64,000 nucleotides of DNA from Planctomycetota bacterium (GTDB lineage: Bacteria; Planctomycetota; UBA1135; GCA-002748355), in assembly GCA_002685965.1 (NCBI GenBank), contig NYZE01000080.1:12464-76463 (forward strand), given 5' to 3'. A model generated the notes under the pieces. It was not told the origin of the DNA, did not search any database, and was given only the letters and a program-made list of their open reading frames with translations. A program made the translations under genes and the position numbers. This document shows, piece by piece, positions 1 to 8,687 of the stretch (positions are counted from its first letter, which is position 1; each line of letters begins with the position of its first letter).

Positions 1-761
1 GTCTCGGCCGGCAGCACCTTCGTGCCAGGCTCGTAGGTGGTCTCTTCTCCGCCCGGGTCGTGGTAGGTGATCCGAATATGGGGGTTGGCGACCGCTGTCT
101 GTTTCAGGTACTCGTCCACTGAGCGCATGCCGCGCCGAAATTCGGCCGCCATGTCGATCTCCACGCGCGTGCCATGCTTCTTGTCCCACTCACGCTCTTC
201 GTCAGTGTACTCGGGCTTGTTCTTCGTCGTGTTGAGGCGCACCTCGAAGTAGTGCGCCTTGGATCGCGGTCCGGTGCGCGACGTGATGCGCACCGAGTTA
301 CCCGTCGTCAATTGTCCGTACATCCCCGCCGCCGAGACGCCGATGCCCTGCTGGCCGCGGCTCTGCTTGAGGCGATGGAACTTCGAACCGTAGAGCAGTT
401 TGCCGAAGATGAGCGGGATCTGTTGCTTGACGATGCCAGGACCGTTGTCCTCGACGATCACCGTGAAGCGGTCTTCGTGCTTCGGGATGGGACGGATCTC
501 GACGATGAGTTCCGGCGCGATCCCGGCCTCCTCGCAAGCGTCGAGGCTGTTGTCCACGGCTTCCTTGACGCCGGTCAGGAGCGCCTTGCGTGGGTTGTCG
601 AAGCCGAGCAAGTGGCGGTTCTTGGTGAAGAACTCCGAGACCGAGATCTCGCGCTGAGTCAAGGCCAACGCTTCGGCCGAGCCTTTGCGCGCGCGCTTGC
701 GGCTGGTGTTCACCGTCTTTCTGCGTCGGCCGCTGCCCTTCGCGGTCGCGAAGAGATCCAT
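1..761 (-). CDS. top6B: DNA topoisomerase VI subunit B, N-terminal GHKL ATPase region (partial; 3' end lies beyond the window start)
   Basis: Absent from the ORF track because its stop is outside the window. My reverse-strand translation from the ATG at 761 reads [15 protein letters not shown]...[42 protein letters not shown]...[50 protein letters not shown]. These are Bergerat-fold N-box, G1 (EDNGPGI) and G2 (SRGQQGIG) motifs in a Top6B-like arrangement. Confidence 0.85.
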   Translation of the reverse strand, partial: MDLFATAKGSGRRRKTVNTSRKRARKGSAEALALTQREISVSEFFTKNRHLLGFDNPRKALLTGVKEAVDNSLDACEEAGIAPELIVEIRPIPKHEDRFTVIVEDNGPGIVKQQIPLIFGKLLYGSKFHRLKQSRGQQGIGVSAAGMYGQLTTGNSVRITSRTGPRSKAHYFEVRLNTTKNKPEYTDEEREWDKKHGTRVEIDMAAEFRRGMRSVDEYLKQTAVANPHIRITYHDPGGEETTYEPGTKVLPAE

Positions 762-794
762 CTGTCCGTTCTTGCCGCCATCCACTGTCAATGC

Positions 795-1559
795 CTACCC
801 CCTCTCCATCCAGACCGGCTCGGCGACCGGGTTACACAGACCCAGCGCCAACGCTTCGCTGCGAAAACGACGCAAGCCAGCCAAGTGGCGATCGTCGAGA
901 TCGTAGCGGATCAGCCCTCCCGTTCCGTCGTCCACCGCCTGCTCGATGCCGAGCGCCCGCGCGCGCCGCAGTTCGCCGACGATATTGCGAACGGTCCCAT
1001 CTTTGATGGCCTTGTCGCCACCCGCAACGAGCCACAGCGCGAAAACGAACGGTAGTCCGGTCCAGCTGCGCCATTCCTCGCCGAGGTCGAGTGCAGCGCG
1101 GCCGCCCGCGTCGGCCAACAGTCCAGCATCCCCGATCAACAGCACCGCGTCCGCATCGATGGCGTCCGGCGTCCGGGTCGGCTCGATGTCGAAGGCGTGG
1201 TCGATGGTGGCACCGAAGCGGCGCACCAGTAGCACTTGGGACAGGGCGACCGAGGTCGCGCTGCCGTTGTCCACAGCCAGGCTGCGCACCGCGGCGGGCT
1301 CGGTGCGGAGAAATAGGCGCACCGATCGCACGCGATCCTCGCAGGCGATGCCGAGGTCACTCATCGCCAGCCACCCGGGATGCCGGAAGGCTTCGATCGA
1401 CGACGCCAGCGCGGCGTCGAGCTCACCGGCGCGTAGCATCGTTACGAGATGACGTGGTGACGCGAGCGTCAGCTCGACGTTCTGCCGCTGCTCGAGCCCC
1501 GTTACCAGCGGGGCACCGACGCAATAGGACACTCCCCCGATGCGCATTCTCAAACTCAT
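795..1559 (-). CDS. mqnA: Chorismate dehydratase MqnA (futalosine route to menaquinone)
   Basis: Lies in ORF 795..1697. I place the start at the internal ATG at 1559 (MSLRMRIGGVSYCVGAPLVTGLE...). The N-terminus is MqnA-like and the rest looks like a periplasmic-binding-protein fold (...LPFVFALWLV...). The 46 codons upstream are Arg/Pro-rich and look non-coding. Confidence 0.75.
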   Translation of the reverse strand: MSLRMRIGGVSYCVGAPLVTGLEQRQNVELTLASPRHLVTMLRAGELDAALASSIEAFRHPGWLAMSDLGIACEDRVRSVRLFLRTEPAAVRSLAVDNGSATSVALSQVLLVRRFGATIDHAFDIEPTRTPDAIDADAVLLIGDAGLLADAGGRAALDLGEEWRSWTGLPFVFALWLVAGGDKAIKDGTVRNIVGELRRARALGIEQAVDDGTGGLIRYDLDDRHLAGLRRFRSEALALGLCNPVAEPVWMERG

Positions 1560-1723
1560 AGCTGACGGCGGCTGCCTCTGCGAGGCCCTTACTGGGCGGG
1601 TTTCACGGCATTGGCGCGGGCCATCTCCTGCCAACGCTGCCGGCTGTCCTGGCCGCGCGCATGGCCAGAAAGGGTAGACTTGAAGGAGCCGTCCCACCGG
1701 ACCTCCAACGCCAGAGTCCGATC

Positions 1724-4700
1724 ATGATGCGTGCACGCTTCCTTGCCGTCCTGGTGCCGCTCGTATGTGCTTCCTGCGGGAGCGGCATACTAGGAGGCGT
1801 TCTGCTCGGCAATCGCGGTGGTGGCGGCGGCGGCAGCGAGAGCCAACAGCCGAGCATCACGCTGGATCCGGCCGCTTTGCCACTCATCGCCGTGCAGTTT
1901 CCGACGACCTATCTTCCGTCCGTCAGAGTGCGGGTCCGCAACGTTGCCATCGACCTGCTCAAGCAAGAGCCGTTCGTTACCGTCAAGGTGAATGAGCACG
2001 ATGTCGCTGGTGGCACAGGGCCCGCGATCCTGTTGGGCGACACGCTGATCTTCGATCAGGTGGTCGACTACAAGGTCGCCGCGCTGTTTGCGGACAAGCC
2101 GTACAGGGATTTCCAGGTGTCCTTCTCGGTTGGCATCCGCGAGCCCAACGATCCGACCACCAAGGACGATGACGTCATCATCACGAAGAACGTCGCGCCC
2201 CCGGCTCGGTTGCAGTTTCTGCGCCCGCCTTTGATCACCGAACCGGTGGAAGAGAAGATCTTCGTCTCAGCGGCGGGCACGGACCGCATCCAGTTCGCGG
2301 TCAAGTTCCTGCGCGCGGACTCCCGGTCAGACGTCGACTTCTTCGTCGTGCAACGCGACTTCACGGTCAAGAGTGACAAGCCAGACGCCCTTCGGCCAGT
2401 TCCGCTGACCGGTGTCGACGTCACCAAGAAGGTTAACTCTACCGAGACGACCTGGCTCGTGTCCGGGGTAGTGCCCGCAGCGCGCTTCCCGTCGCGCGAC
2501 TTCATCTTGCTGGTCGATCACCAGGGCGGCAATGCGCTGCAAACCGATAGGGACTGGCCGGCGGTACCGCCGCCACAGGTCGTTTATGAGCCCAAGATCG
2601 TGCGTTGGACTGCGGGTCCGACACCGACTCTTGGCGGGTCGCTGGCTGCGATCGAGGGTTTTGCTCTGATCCCGGTCAAGAACGACACCGGTCAGATCGA
2701 GTACCTGTTCGACGCGATTGACCGGATCACGATCACCAGGAACGGGCGTTCCGTGGACGTCGCCAAGGAAGCGATCCGCCGGGATCTGTCGGGCGAGCAA
2801 CGCCTCGTCTTCCTGATGCCGCCCTCGCCCGACGGCCTTCCCGGCAAGGCGTCCATAGAGCTGGCGCTGTTGCTCGTGGACGGGACCCCGGTCAGCAGCC
2901 GGGTTGGGGCGGAAGAAACAGGGTCCGTGCGCTATGGCGTGCCGACGCCCGTGCTGGGGCCGCTCACGAGCCTCTTGCCGGAAGAGGCAGTCGACGTGCG
3001 CAGCGGCTGGTTCTTCTCGGACGATCTACCGGGTCAGGATCTCGCCCTGCTAACGCAGGTCGGTGAGGTCGCCGGACTGGCGCTGATGAGGCGCAACGGT
3101 CTTGGCTTGTTCCGCACCGCTGGACAGCCGATCACGACGCGTGTCGCCGGATACGAAGCCGGCCATGCACCGTTTGCTTTGCTGAGCGGGCAGACGGACG
3201 GAGTGGGTTTTGACGATTTGTTCGTCGTCGGCGGCGCCGAGCCGCCCAGCACCAGCGTCGGGAGCCATGCGTTACTCACGGCGACCGCCGACCTCGCCGA
3301 GCCGTTCACGCTGATTCGATCCACGTATGAGTTCCGGGGAATCAACGTCGACGCCTCCGCAGCCGACTTCGACGAGGACGGCAAGATGGATGCTGTGGTG
3401 CTGCCCGACGGGCAGGCTCCCGCGCCATCGCCAGATATATGGCTGTCGATCGCGGATCAGCCGCGCCGCGTCGATGTCACTGTGCCGACCGGGATTGGCG
3501 GCCGTCGGGTACATGCGAACGACTTCGACGGCGATGGCCACGCCGATATCGCGGTGGCGATGGATGTGGCGCCGTTCCGAGTCTACGTGGCATTCGGTGA
3601 TGGCCGTGGTGGCTTCAATCGCAGCCAAATCGTGAGCTATGCCGATGTGAAACCCGTGTCGCGAGGACTGACGGGCCTCGTGTCGTACGGCGATGGGCCA
3701 CTCACCAAGTACCGCCATCTCTGTCTCTTGTCCTCAGCCACGGTCGGGCCGAAGCAACATCCAGCGCTCGTCCCGATCCTCTTCAACCCGGCGAGTCGAA
3801 AGTTCATCGACGCGAGTGCGAACGACGTGCTCTTGCTGACAGATGTTGAGGGCGTCTTCACGCTCGGGGCAACGATGGACCTCGATGCGAACGGTGTCGA
3901 CGAGCTCGTCGTTGCCATACCGCGTGTGACCGGGTTCCTGCCGCTCACGGCGTTTCTGCTGCAGCGCGGCAAGCCGCTCGAACTCGAGGGCTTCTTCGGC
4001 CCGGACGATGGCCTCGAACAAGTCAAGGGGCTGCGCCAGGTCATTCTCGAGCGGAGAAGCGTGGGGCCGAACCTGGTCGGGCTCTTGGTCCTGCACACGG
4101 AGGACATTGGCGGGAACAAGGTCCCGGCGGTCTCCGTTCTGCCGCGGACGCGTAATGGTCTCACGCCGCGCAACTTGAGACTGGACCAGTCCAAGATCCC
4201 CGAAGGCGTTGCGATCGGCAACTTCGATGCGGACGCGGTCCAGGGTGACTGCGCGACTGCCCAGGCCGATGGTATTCGGATCCATCGCGCGTTTGCTCCG
4301 GCGCTGCACGAGCCGAAACCGAGCTTTGTCGCGTCCAACCCGGTGCCCGGCACCTTGGTGTCACTGCCGTTGCTTCCGACGGGCGACGGGATCTGCTGGC
4401 TTGAACGTGACGGTCGCCTTGCCGTGCGGCATCCGAACGCGACGAAGATCGCATACAGTTCAGACCTGCGGTCCTACCTTGCGGGCAACAGGGGCGCGGC
4501 CGTCGATGACCGTTCGAGGGTCTTTGTCCGCAACGTCGACTCGGACGGCCTCGTCGATCTGTGCATCACCCTGAAGGTGCAGCACAAGGACGAACGTTTT
4601 GCGGTCCTTTATCTACCCGGCAAGTCGGTCGCCGCCGGTGAGCTACCGTTCGTGCTGCCGAAGGCCGGGCTACTGGTCGACGCCGAAGCGGCCGCGTTCT

Positions 4701-5302
4701 CGGTGGGCAATCTGCTCAGTCACGATGCTCATGATGATCCTGGGATCGAGATGGTCTACGCCGTGCATGACCAGTTTAGGTTCGTCTGGATCGATGTCCT
4801 GACCAACGGCGTGTTCGAGTCGACAGCGCCACTCGGGGTCCTGGCGCCGGTCCACGTCGATCCGTCGGTCATGTCACCGGTCATGGCCGACTTGGACCAG
4901 GACGGAACTGAGGATCTGGCCTTCTTGGTGCCCAATGCCCGTCGCGTGAGGGTGCTGTTCAATCGCATTCGGCGCATCGGGCCGCGCTCCTACCAAGGCG
5001 CTCTGGTGTCCTTCCTCGGGCCGACGCTGTCGTATGCCGGGACGGCCCTGGGTCTCGTCGCGGCCGACATGAACGGCAATACGCTGCCTGACCTGGCGGT
5101 GGTCGGCACGGTATTGCGCAACAAGAGCAACGAGGGGTCGGTGTGCTTGTTCCGCAACCTCGGCCGGGGCTCGTTCGGGGAGTGCTATCTGTTCCCCAGC
5201 TTCAACTTCGGTTCCGAGCAGAAGGCGTTTGCAGTCGGCGATCTCGATGGCAATGGGATGAGCGATGTCATTCTGGGCCGCAACGTGTTGTTGAACCGCT
5301 GA
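1724..5302 (+). CDS. Very large FG-GAP/VCBS-repeat lipoprotein
   Basis: Lies in ORF 1661..5302. The ATG at 1724 gives MMRARFLAVLVPLVCASCGSG, a lipoprotein-type signal with a Cys, followed by a Gly-rich linker (GNRGGGGGGSES). There are several Ca-binding FG-GAP-like motifs: DFDEDGKMDAVV, NDFDGDGHADIAV, DLDANGVDELVV, DLDQDGTEDLAF, ADMNGNTLPDLAVV, GDLDGNGMSDVILG. Confidence 0.8.
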   Translation: MMRARFLAVLVPLVCASCGSGILGGVLLGNRGGGGGGSESQQPSITLDPAALPLIAVQFPTTYLPSVRVRVRNVAIDLLKQEPFVTVKVNEHDVAGGTGPAILLGDTLIFDQVVDYKVAALFADKPYRDFQVSFSVGIREPNDPTTKDDDVIITKNVAPPARLQFLRPPLITEPVEEKIFVSAAGTDRIQFAVKFLRADSRSDVDFFVVQRDFTVKSDKPDALRPVPLTGVDVTKKVNSTETTWLVSGVVPAARFPSRDFILLVDHQGGNALQTDRDWPAVPPPQVVYEPKIVRWTAGPTPTLGGSLAAIEGFALIPVKNDTGQIEYLFDAIDRITITRNGRSVDVAKEAIRRDLSGEQRLVFLMPPSPDGLPGKASIELALLLVDGTPVSSRVGAEETGSVRYGVPTPVLGPLTSLLPEEAVDVRSGWFFSDDLPGQDLALLTQVGEVAGLALMRRNGLGLFRTAGQPITTRVAGYEAGHAPFALLSGQTDGVGFDDLFVVGGAEPPSTSVGSHALLTATADLAEPFTLIRSTYEFRGINVDASAADFDEDGKMDAVVLPDGQAPAPSPDIWLSIADQPRRVDVTVPTGIGGRRVHANDFDGDGHADIAVAMDVAPFRVYVAFGDGRGGFNRSQIVSYADVKPVSRGLTGLVSYGDGPLTKYRHLCLLSSATVGPKQHPALVPILFNPASRKFIDASANDVLLLTDVEGVFTLGATMDLDANGVDELVVAIPRVTGFLPLTAFLLQRGKPLELEGFFGPDDGLEQVKGLRQVILERRSVGPNLVGLLVLHTEDIGGNKVPAVSVLPRTRNGLTPRNLRLDQSKIPEGVAIGNFDADAVQGDCATAQADGIRIHRAFAPALHEPKPSFVASNPVPGTLVSLPLLPTGDGICWLERDGRLAVRHPNATKIAYSSDLRSYLAGNRGAAVDDRSRVFVRNVDSDGLVDLCITLKVQHKDERFAVLYLPGKSVAAGELPFVLPKAGLLVDAEAAAFSVGNLLSHDAHDDPGIEMVYAVHDQFRFVWIDVLTNGVFESTAPLGVLAPVHVDPSVMSPVMADLDQDGTEDLAFLVPNARRVRVLFNRIRRIGPRSYQGALVSFLGPTLSYAGTALGLVAADMNGNTLPDLAVVGTVLRNKSNEGSVCLFRNLGRGSFGECYLFPSFNFGSEQKAFAVGDLDGNGMSDVILGRNVLLNR

Positions 5303-5572
5303 GCCTCACACGCGCCACCAGGCGTCGAATGTACCCGGCACACCTTGCACGCGGCACGTGGCCACTCCGCCTCCATCGGCCGCCTGCACTCGTCGCAGCA
5401 GCGATGCTCGCCCGAACGGAGTCAGTAGGTCCTTGGGCGATGCGTGTTCCGGCCACTCTTGAGGCAAACCTGGGGTAGGACGAAGCCTCCCTGGCTCCCA
5501 CCCTCAGAGGGATGTCAGCTGGGTCGTGCTCGCCCGGGGTAAGGTCGCGTGCTTCGGGAGGACCATCACGAC

Positions 5573-5839
5573 ATGAATTTTGAAGGCATCGCGCTCTTCC
5601 TTGCTGCGATTGGCGCCTTGTGTGTGGCCATCTGGGGCCACCTCTCGAAGCAGCGATCCGCGTTTGTCGGCGTGATCGCTGCGGCGTTGGCTGTCCTGGC
5701 GGCTTGCGGAGCCTGGTACGCCTGGACTGAATCACAGTCGATGCCCTGGACGGTTGGCTATGGAGTGGTTGCGGTGATCGGCGTCACCTCGGCCATGCGT
5801 CAGTGCGTGGGCTGCCGCTCGTCCAGGAAGGACCCCTAG
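5573..5839 (+). CDS. Small hypothetical membrane protein (about 3 predicted TM helices)
   Basis: Lies in ORF 5549..5839. The ATG at 5573 is preceded by GGGAGG about 12 nt upstream. The sequence is hydrophobic (MNFEGIALFLAAIGALCVAIWG..., VGVIAAALAVLAACGAWYAW, VGYGVVAVIGV). I recognise no family. Confidence 0.45.
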   Translation: MNFEGIALFLAAIGALCVAIWGHLSKQRSAFVGVIAAALAVLAACGAWYAWTESQSMPWTVGYGVVAVIGVTSAMRQCVGCRSSRKDP

Positions 5840-5948
5840 GGTTGTGCCGATCGCCGCGTCGGCCCTACCAGTGGTCTGCGCACTGGCGCGAGAAGATCGA
5901 CGGGGACGACGCCTAGAGCGGATCGCGCCCATGAAGCTGGGAGTAGAT

Positions 5949-6548
5949 CTAGAGGCTGCCTGCGTGGTTCGTGAGATAGTCCTTCACGCCCTCGTCGCTC
6001 GGGGCCATGCCGGCCTTGCCGGTCGCCCAGCCTGCGGGGCAGACCTCGCCGTGCTCCTTGAAGAACTGCACACCATCGATCGCCCTCAAGAGCTCGTCGA
6101 TGTCGCGTCCGAGGGGCAGGTTGTTGACGACCGCGTGCCAGCAGATGCCGTCCGGGTCGATGAGGTAGGTGCCGCGCGCAGAGAAGCCTGATCCCTCGTG
6201 GACCACGTCGTAGTCCTTGGACATCTGCTTCGTCGTGTCGGCGATGAGGGGATACCCGACCGGACCGATGCCGCCATCATTGATGGCGGTCTCCCGCCAG
6301 CGGGCGTGGGTCTCAGCGTCATCCATGGAAACGCCCAAAACTTGGACGCCTCGCTTTTCGAACTCACCCATGCGGTGGTCGAAAGCGATGAGCTCGGACG
6401 GTCAGACGAAGGTGAAGTCCTTCGGGTAGAAGAAGAGCGCCACATACTGGCCGGAGTAGTCAGACAGGCTCACATCTTGCGTGCTGCCGTCAGCCATCAC
6501 GGCCGGCGCAGTGAAGGCGGGCGCCGCGTTGCCGATGAAGTTGGTCAT
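5949..6548 (-). CDS. Typical 2-Cys peroxiredoxin (AhpC/Prx1 family) with in-frame TGA at the peroxidatic Cys position; probable selenocysteine-containing Prx
   Basis: The ORF track shows only the C-terminal 140 aa (5949..6371), which ends in ...[10 protein letters not shown], the resolving Cys. Reading upstream in the same frame from the ATG at 6548 gives [75 protein letters not shown]. The TGA (6404..6402, codon 49) sits exactly where the FTFVCPTE motif has its catalytic Cys. The total is 199 codons, a normal Prx length. Confidence 0.75.
6351..6388 (-). promoter_or_regulatory. Candidate bacterial SECIS hairpin downstream of the Prx UGA
   Basis: The mRNA reads UCGCUUUCGACCACC-GCAUG-GGUGAGUUCGAAAAGCGA. 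It forms a 10-bp lower stem (one bulged A) and a 5-bp upper stem (one bulged A) with the apical loop GCAUG. The hairpin begins 13 nt after the UGA. The apical loop starts with G and lies about 29-33 nt after the UGA. I folded this by eye only. Confidence 0.45.
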
Positions 6549-6864
6549 TTGAGGTTTCAGTCCTGTGTTCGACGAGGATCAGAAACTACCCCAGAGGAGG
6601 CCAATGGAGAAGAAGTAGGAGATCAAGAGATGTCGTGCATCCTCCAACCCAGCCTCAGGTGCTCGCCGACGGTGCCGCTCGCTTGCGCTAGGTGTTTGGG
6701 AGCTGTGAACTGTATCGCGCTGCCGTTCCGACCTACGTCGGCGGTGACCTCGCTTATGCCGTCGTCCGCAAGGACGAGCAACCTTGCCATGAACCGCGAC
6801 GAGAGGTTAGTCGTCGCTACTACAACCCGTCCGTGCATGCTGCGGCATTCGCGTTGCCAACCTG

Positions 6865-8670
6865 GTGGAACATACCCTTTACCTTCTCGTCCTGATCGTC
6901 GCCGCCGGCGTCGGCGCGCAATGGCTCGCGTCGCGGCTGCGCGTGCCGCCGCTGCTCTTGTTGCTCATGACGGGGCTGGTGCTCGGCAAGCCCGTGCTCG
7001 GATGGATCGATCCCGAGCAGTTGTTCGTCGGGGTGCGTTCCGTCGATGGCAAGACGACCGGTGTCGATCTGCTGCGACCGCTCGTGGCGATGGCGGTTGC
7101 GTTGGTGCTGTTCGAGGGCGGGCTGACGCTGGAGATCAAGGAGGCGCGGCAGGTCGGCCGCACGTTGCGGCGTCTACTGGTATCGGGACTCTGCCTCGGC
7201 TTCGGGCTGACGACGCTGGCCGGCGTCTGGCTCGGGGGGCTCGACCTGGCGACCGCCGCAACCCTCGGTGCGATCCTCGTCGTGACCGGGCCGACCGTCA
7301 TCCTGCCGATGCTGCGCTCGGCCCGCATCGCGCTGCGCCCGGCCACGCTGCTCAAGTGGGAGGGCATCGTCAACGATCCTCTCGGGGCCCTGTTGGCCCT
7401 GTTCGTCGTCAAGGCGGCCGAGATCGTTGGCACGGGCCAAGGGACGTTCTCGGGCCTGGCGATGACGTTCGTCTGGACCGGCAGCGTGTCGATCGTGGTC
7501 GGTGTTGCCGCTGGATGGGCGCTCGGTAAAGCACTCGACCGTGGCCTGATCGCCGAGAACCTCAAGAGTCCAGTCATCGTTGCTTCGGTCCTCGTCGTAT
7601 TCGCGGTCGCCGAGCATCTTCACCACGAGATGGGCCTAATCAGCGTGACCGTGATGGGGGTCGTGCTCGCCAACGTCGAGAACCACAGCCTCGAGGATAT
7701 CCGGCGCTTCAAGGAGCAGATCACGACCCTGCTGATCGCCGTGCTCTTCATCGTGCTGTCGGCGCGGCTGGAGCCCGAGCAGATCAGCAGCGTGGTTGGC
7801 AGGCCACTGATCCTCATCGCGATCATTGTGTTCGTCGTGCGACCTCTCGTCGTGTTCGTGGCTGCCATCGGCTCCAAGTTGCCGTGGCGGGAGAGGCTGC
7901 TCGTCGGATGGATCGCGCCGCGCGGCGTCGTCGCTGCGGCAGTCGCCGCGACCTTCGCCCCCGGCCTGGAGGTGGCCGGTGCGAAGAGCGCGGGCGAACT
8001 CGTGCCAATCGTGTTCGGTGTCATCGTTGCGACCGTGGTCCTGCACGGGCTGACGATACGGCCGTTGGCGCGGCGGCTCGGACTGGCCGCGACGGACGGA
8101 AACGGCGTGCTCATCGTCGGTGCCTCGGTGTGGGTCGTGACGCTGGCGCAGGCACTCGCCAAGGCTGGTGCCTACGTGGTGCTCGCCGACACGCGCTACC
8201 GCCGGGTGTCTCAGGCGAGACAGGAGGGCGTCGAGGTGCACTATGGCGATGTTCTGGCCGAGGAAGCTGCGATGGAGTTGCCGATGGAGCGTGTGTCCTG
8301 GCTCTTGGCGGCCACCGACGACGATCACTACAACGCACTCGCATGCCTGCGCTTCGGCCCTGAGCTCGGCCGCGAAGCGATGTTCCAGCTCACGCCGCAC
8401 AGGGGTGAGCCGGGGACCGAGACCCAGGTGCACATGGCTGGTCAGCGGCCTTGGGGCGACGACGGCACCTACCGCACGATCACGGCACGCTTCTGGAAGG
8501 GTGCGACGTTCAAGGTCACCAACCTGAGCGACGAGTTCGACGGCGCGGCGTTCCGTGACAAGAACCCCGACGCCCTCGTGCTCTGCTGGGTGCACCAGGA
8601 TCACCTGCGCTTCGCTGACGCCGCTGACGCGATGCCGCCGGACGGTGCGCGAGTTGTCTACCTGGACTAG
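6865..8670 (+). CDS. CPA1-family cation/proton antiporter (Na+/H+ exchanger) with C-terminal RCK/TrkA-N-like domain
   Basis: 601-aa ORF with a GTG start. The N-terminal ~400 aa is polytopic and typical of Na_H_Exchanger proteins (MEHTLYLLVLIVAAGVGAQWLASRLRVPPLLLLLMTGLVLG...IAPRGVVAAAVA). The C-terminal part is a Rossmann-like segment (GVLIVGASVWVVTLAQALAKAGAYVVLADTRYRRVSQARQEGVEVHYGD). Confidence 0.85.
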   Translation: MEHTLYLLVLIVAAGVGAQWLASRLRVPPLLLLLMTGLVLGKPVLGWIDPEQLFVGVRSVDGKTTGVDLLRPLVAMAVALVLFEGGLTLEIKEARQVGRTLRRLLVSGLCLGFGLTTLAGVWLGGLDLATAATLGAILVVTGPTVILPMLRSARIALRPATLLKWEGIVNDPLGALLALFVVKAAEIVGTGQGTFSGLAMTFVWTGSVSIVVGVAAGWALGKALDRGLIAENLKSPVIVASVLVVFAVAEHLHHEMGLISVTVMGVVLANVENHSLEDIRRFKEQITTLLIAVLFIVLSARLEPEQISSVVGRPLILIAIIVFVVRPLVVFVAAIGSKLPWRERLLVGWIAPRGVVAAAVAATFAPGLEVAGAKSAGELVPIVFGVIVATVVLHGLTIRPLARRLGLAATDGNGVLIVGASVWVVTLAQALAKAGAYVVLADTRYRRVSQARQEGVEVHYGDVLAEEAAMELPMERVSWLLAATDDDHYNALACLRFGPELGREAMFQLTPHRGEPGTETQVHMAGQRPWGDDGTYRTITARFWKGATFKVTNLSDEFDGAAFRDKNPDALVLCWVHQDHLRFADAADAMPPDGARVVYLD

Positions 8671-8687
8671 GGGGGCGACCCGATGAG

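Noticed and set aside
5949-6371. Annotating the peroxiredoxin as the 140-aa ORF from the track, or as a simple pseudogene.
   Set aside because: The upstream in-frame sequence encodes the missing Prx N-terminus without any other defect. The single stop is a TGA precisely at the catalytic Cys codon, with a hairpin downstream. Sec recoding is the more economical reading. A Cys-to-stop pseudogene cannot be excluded without the checks listed in the finding.
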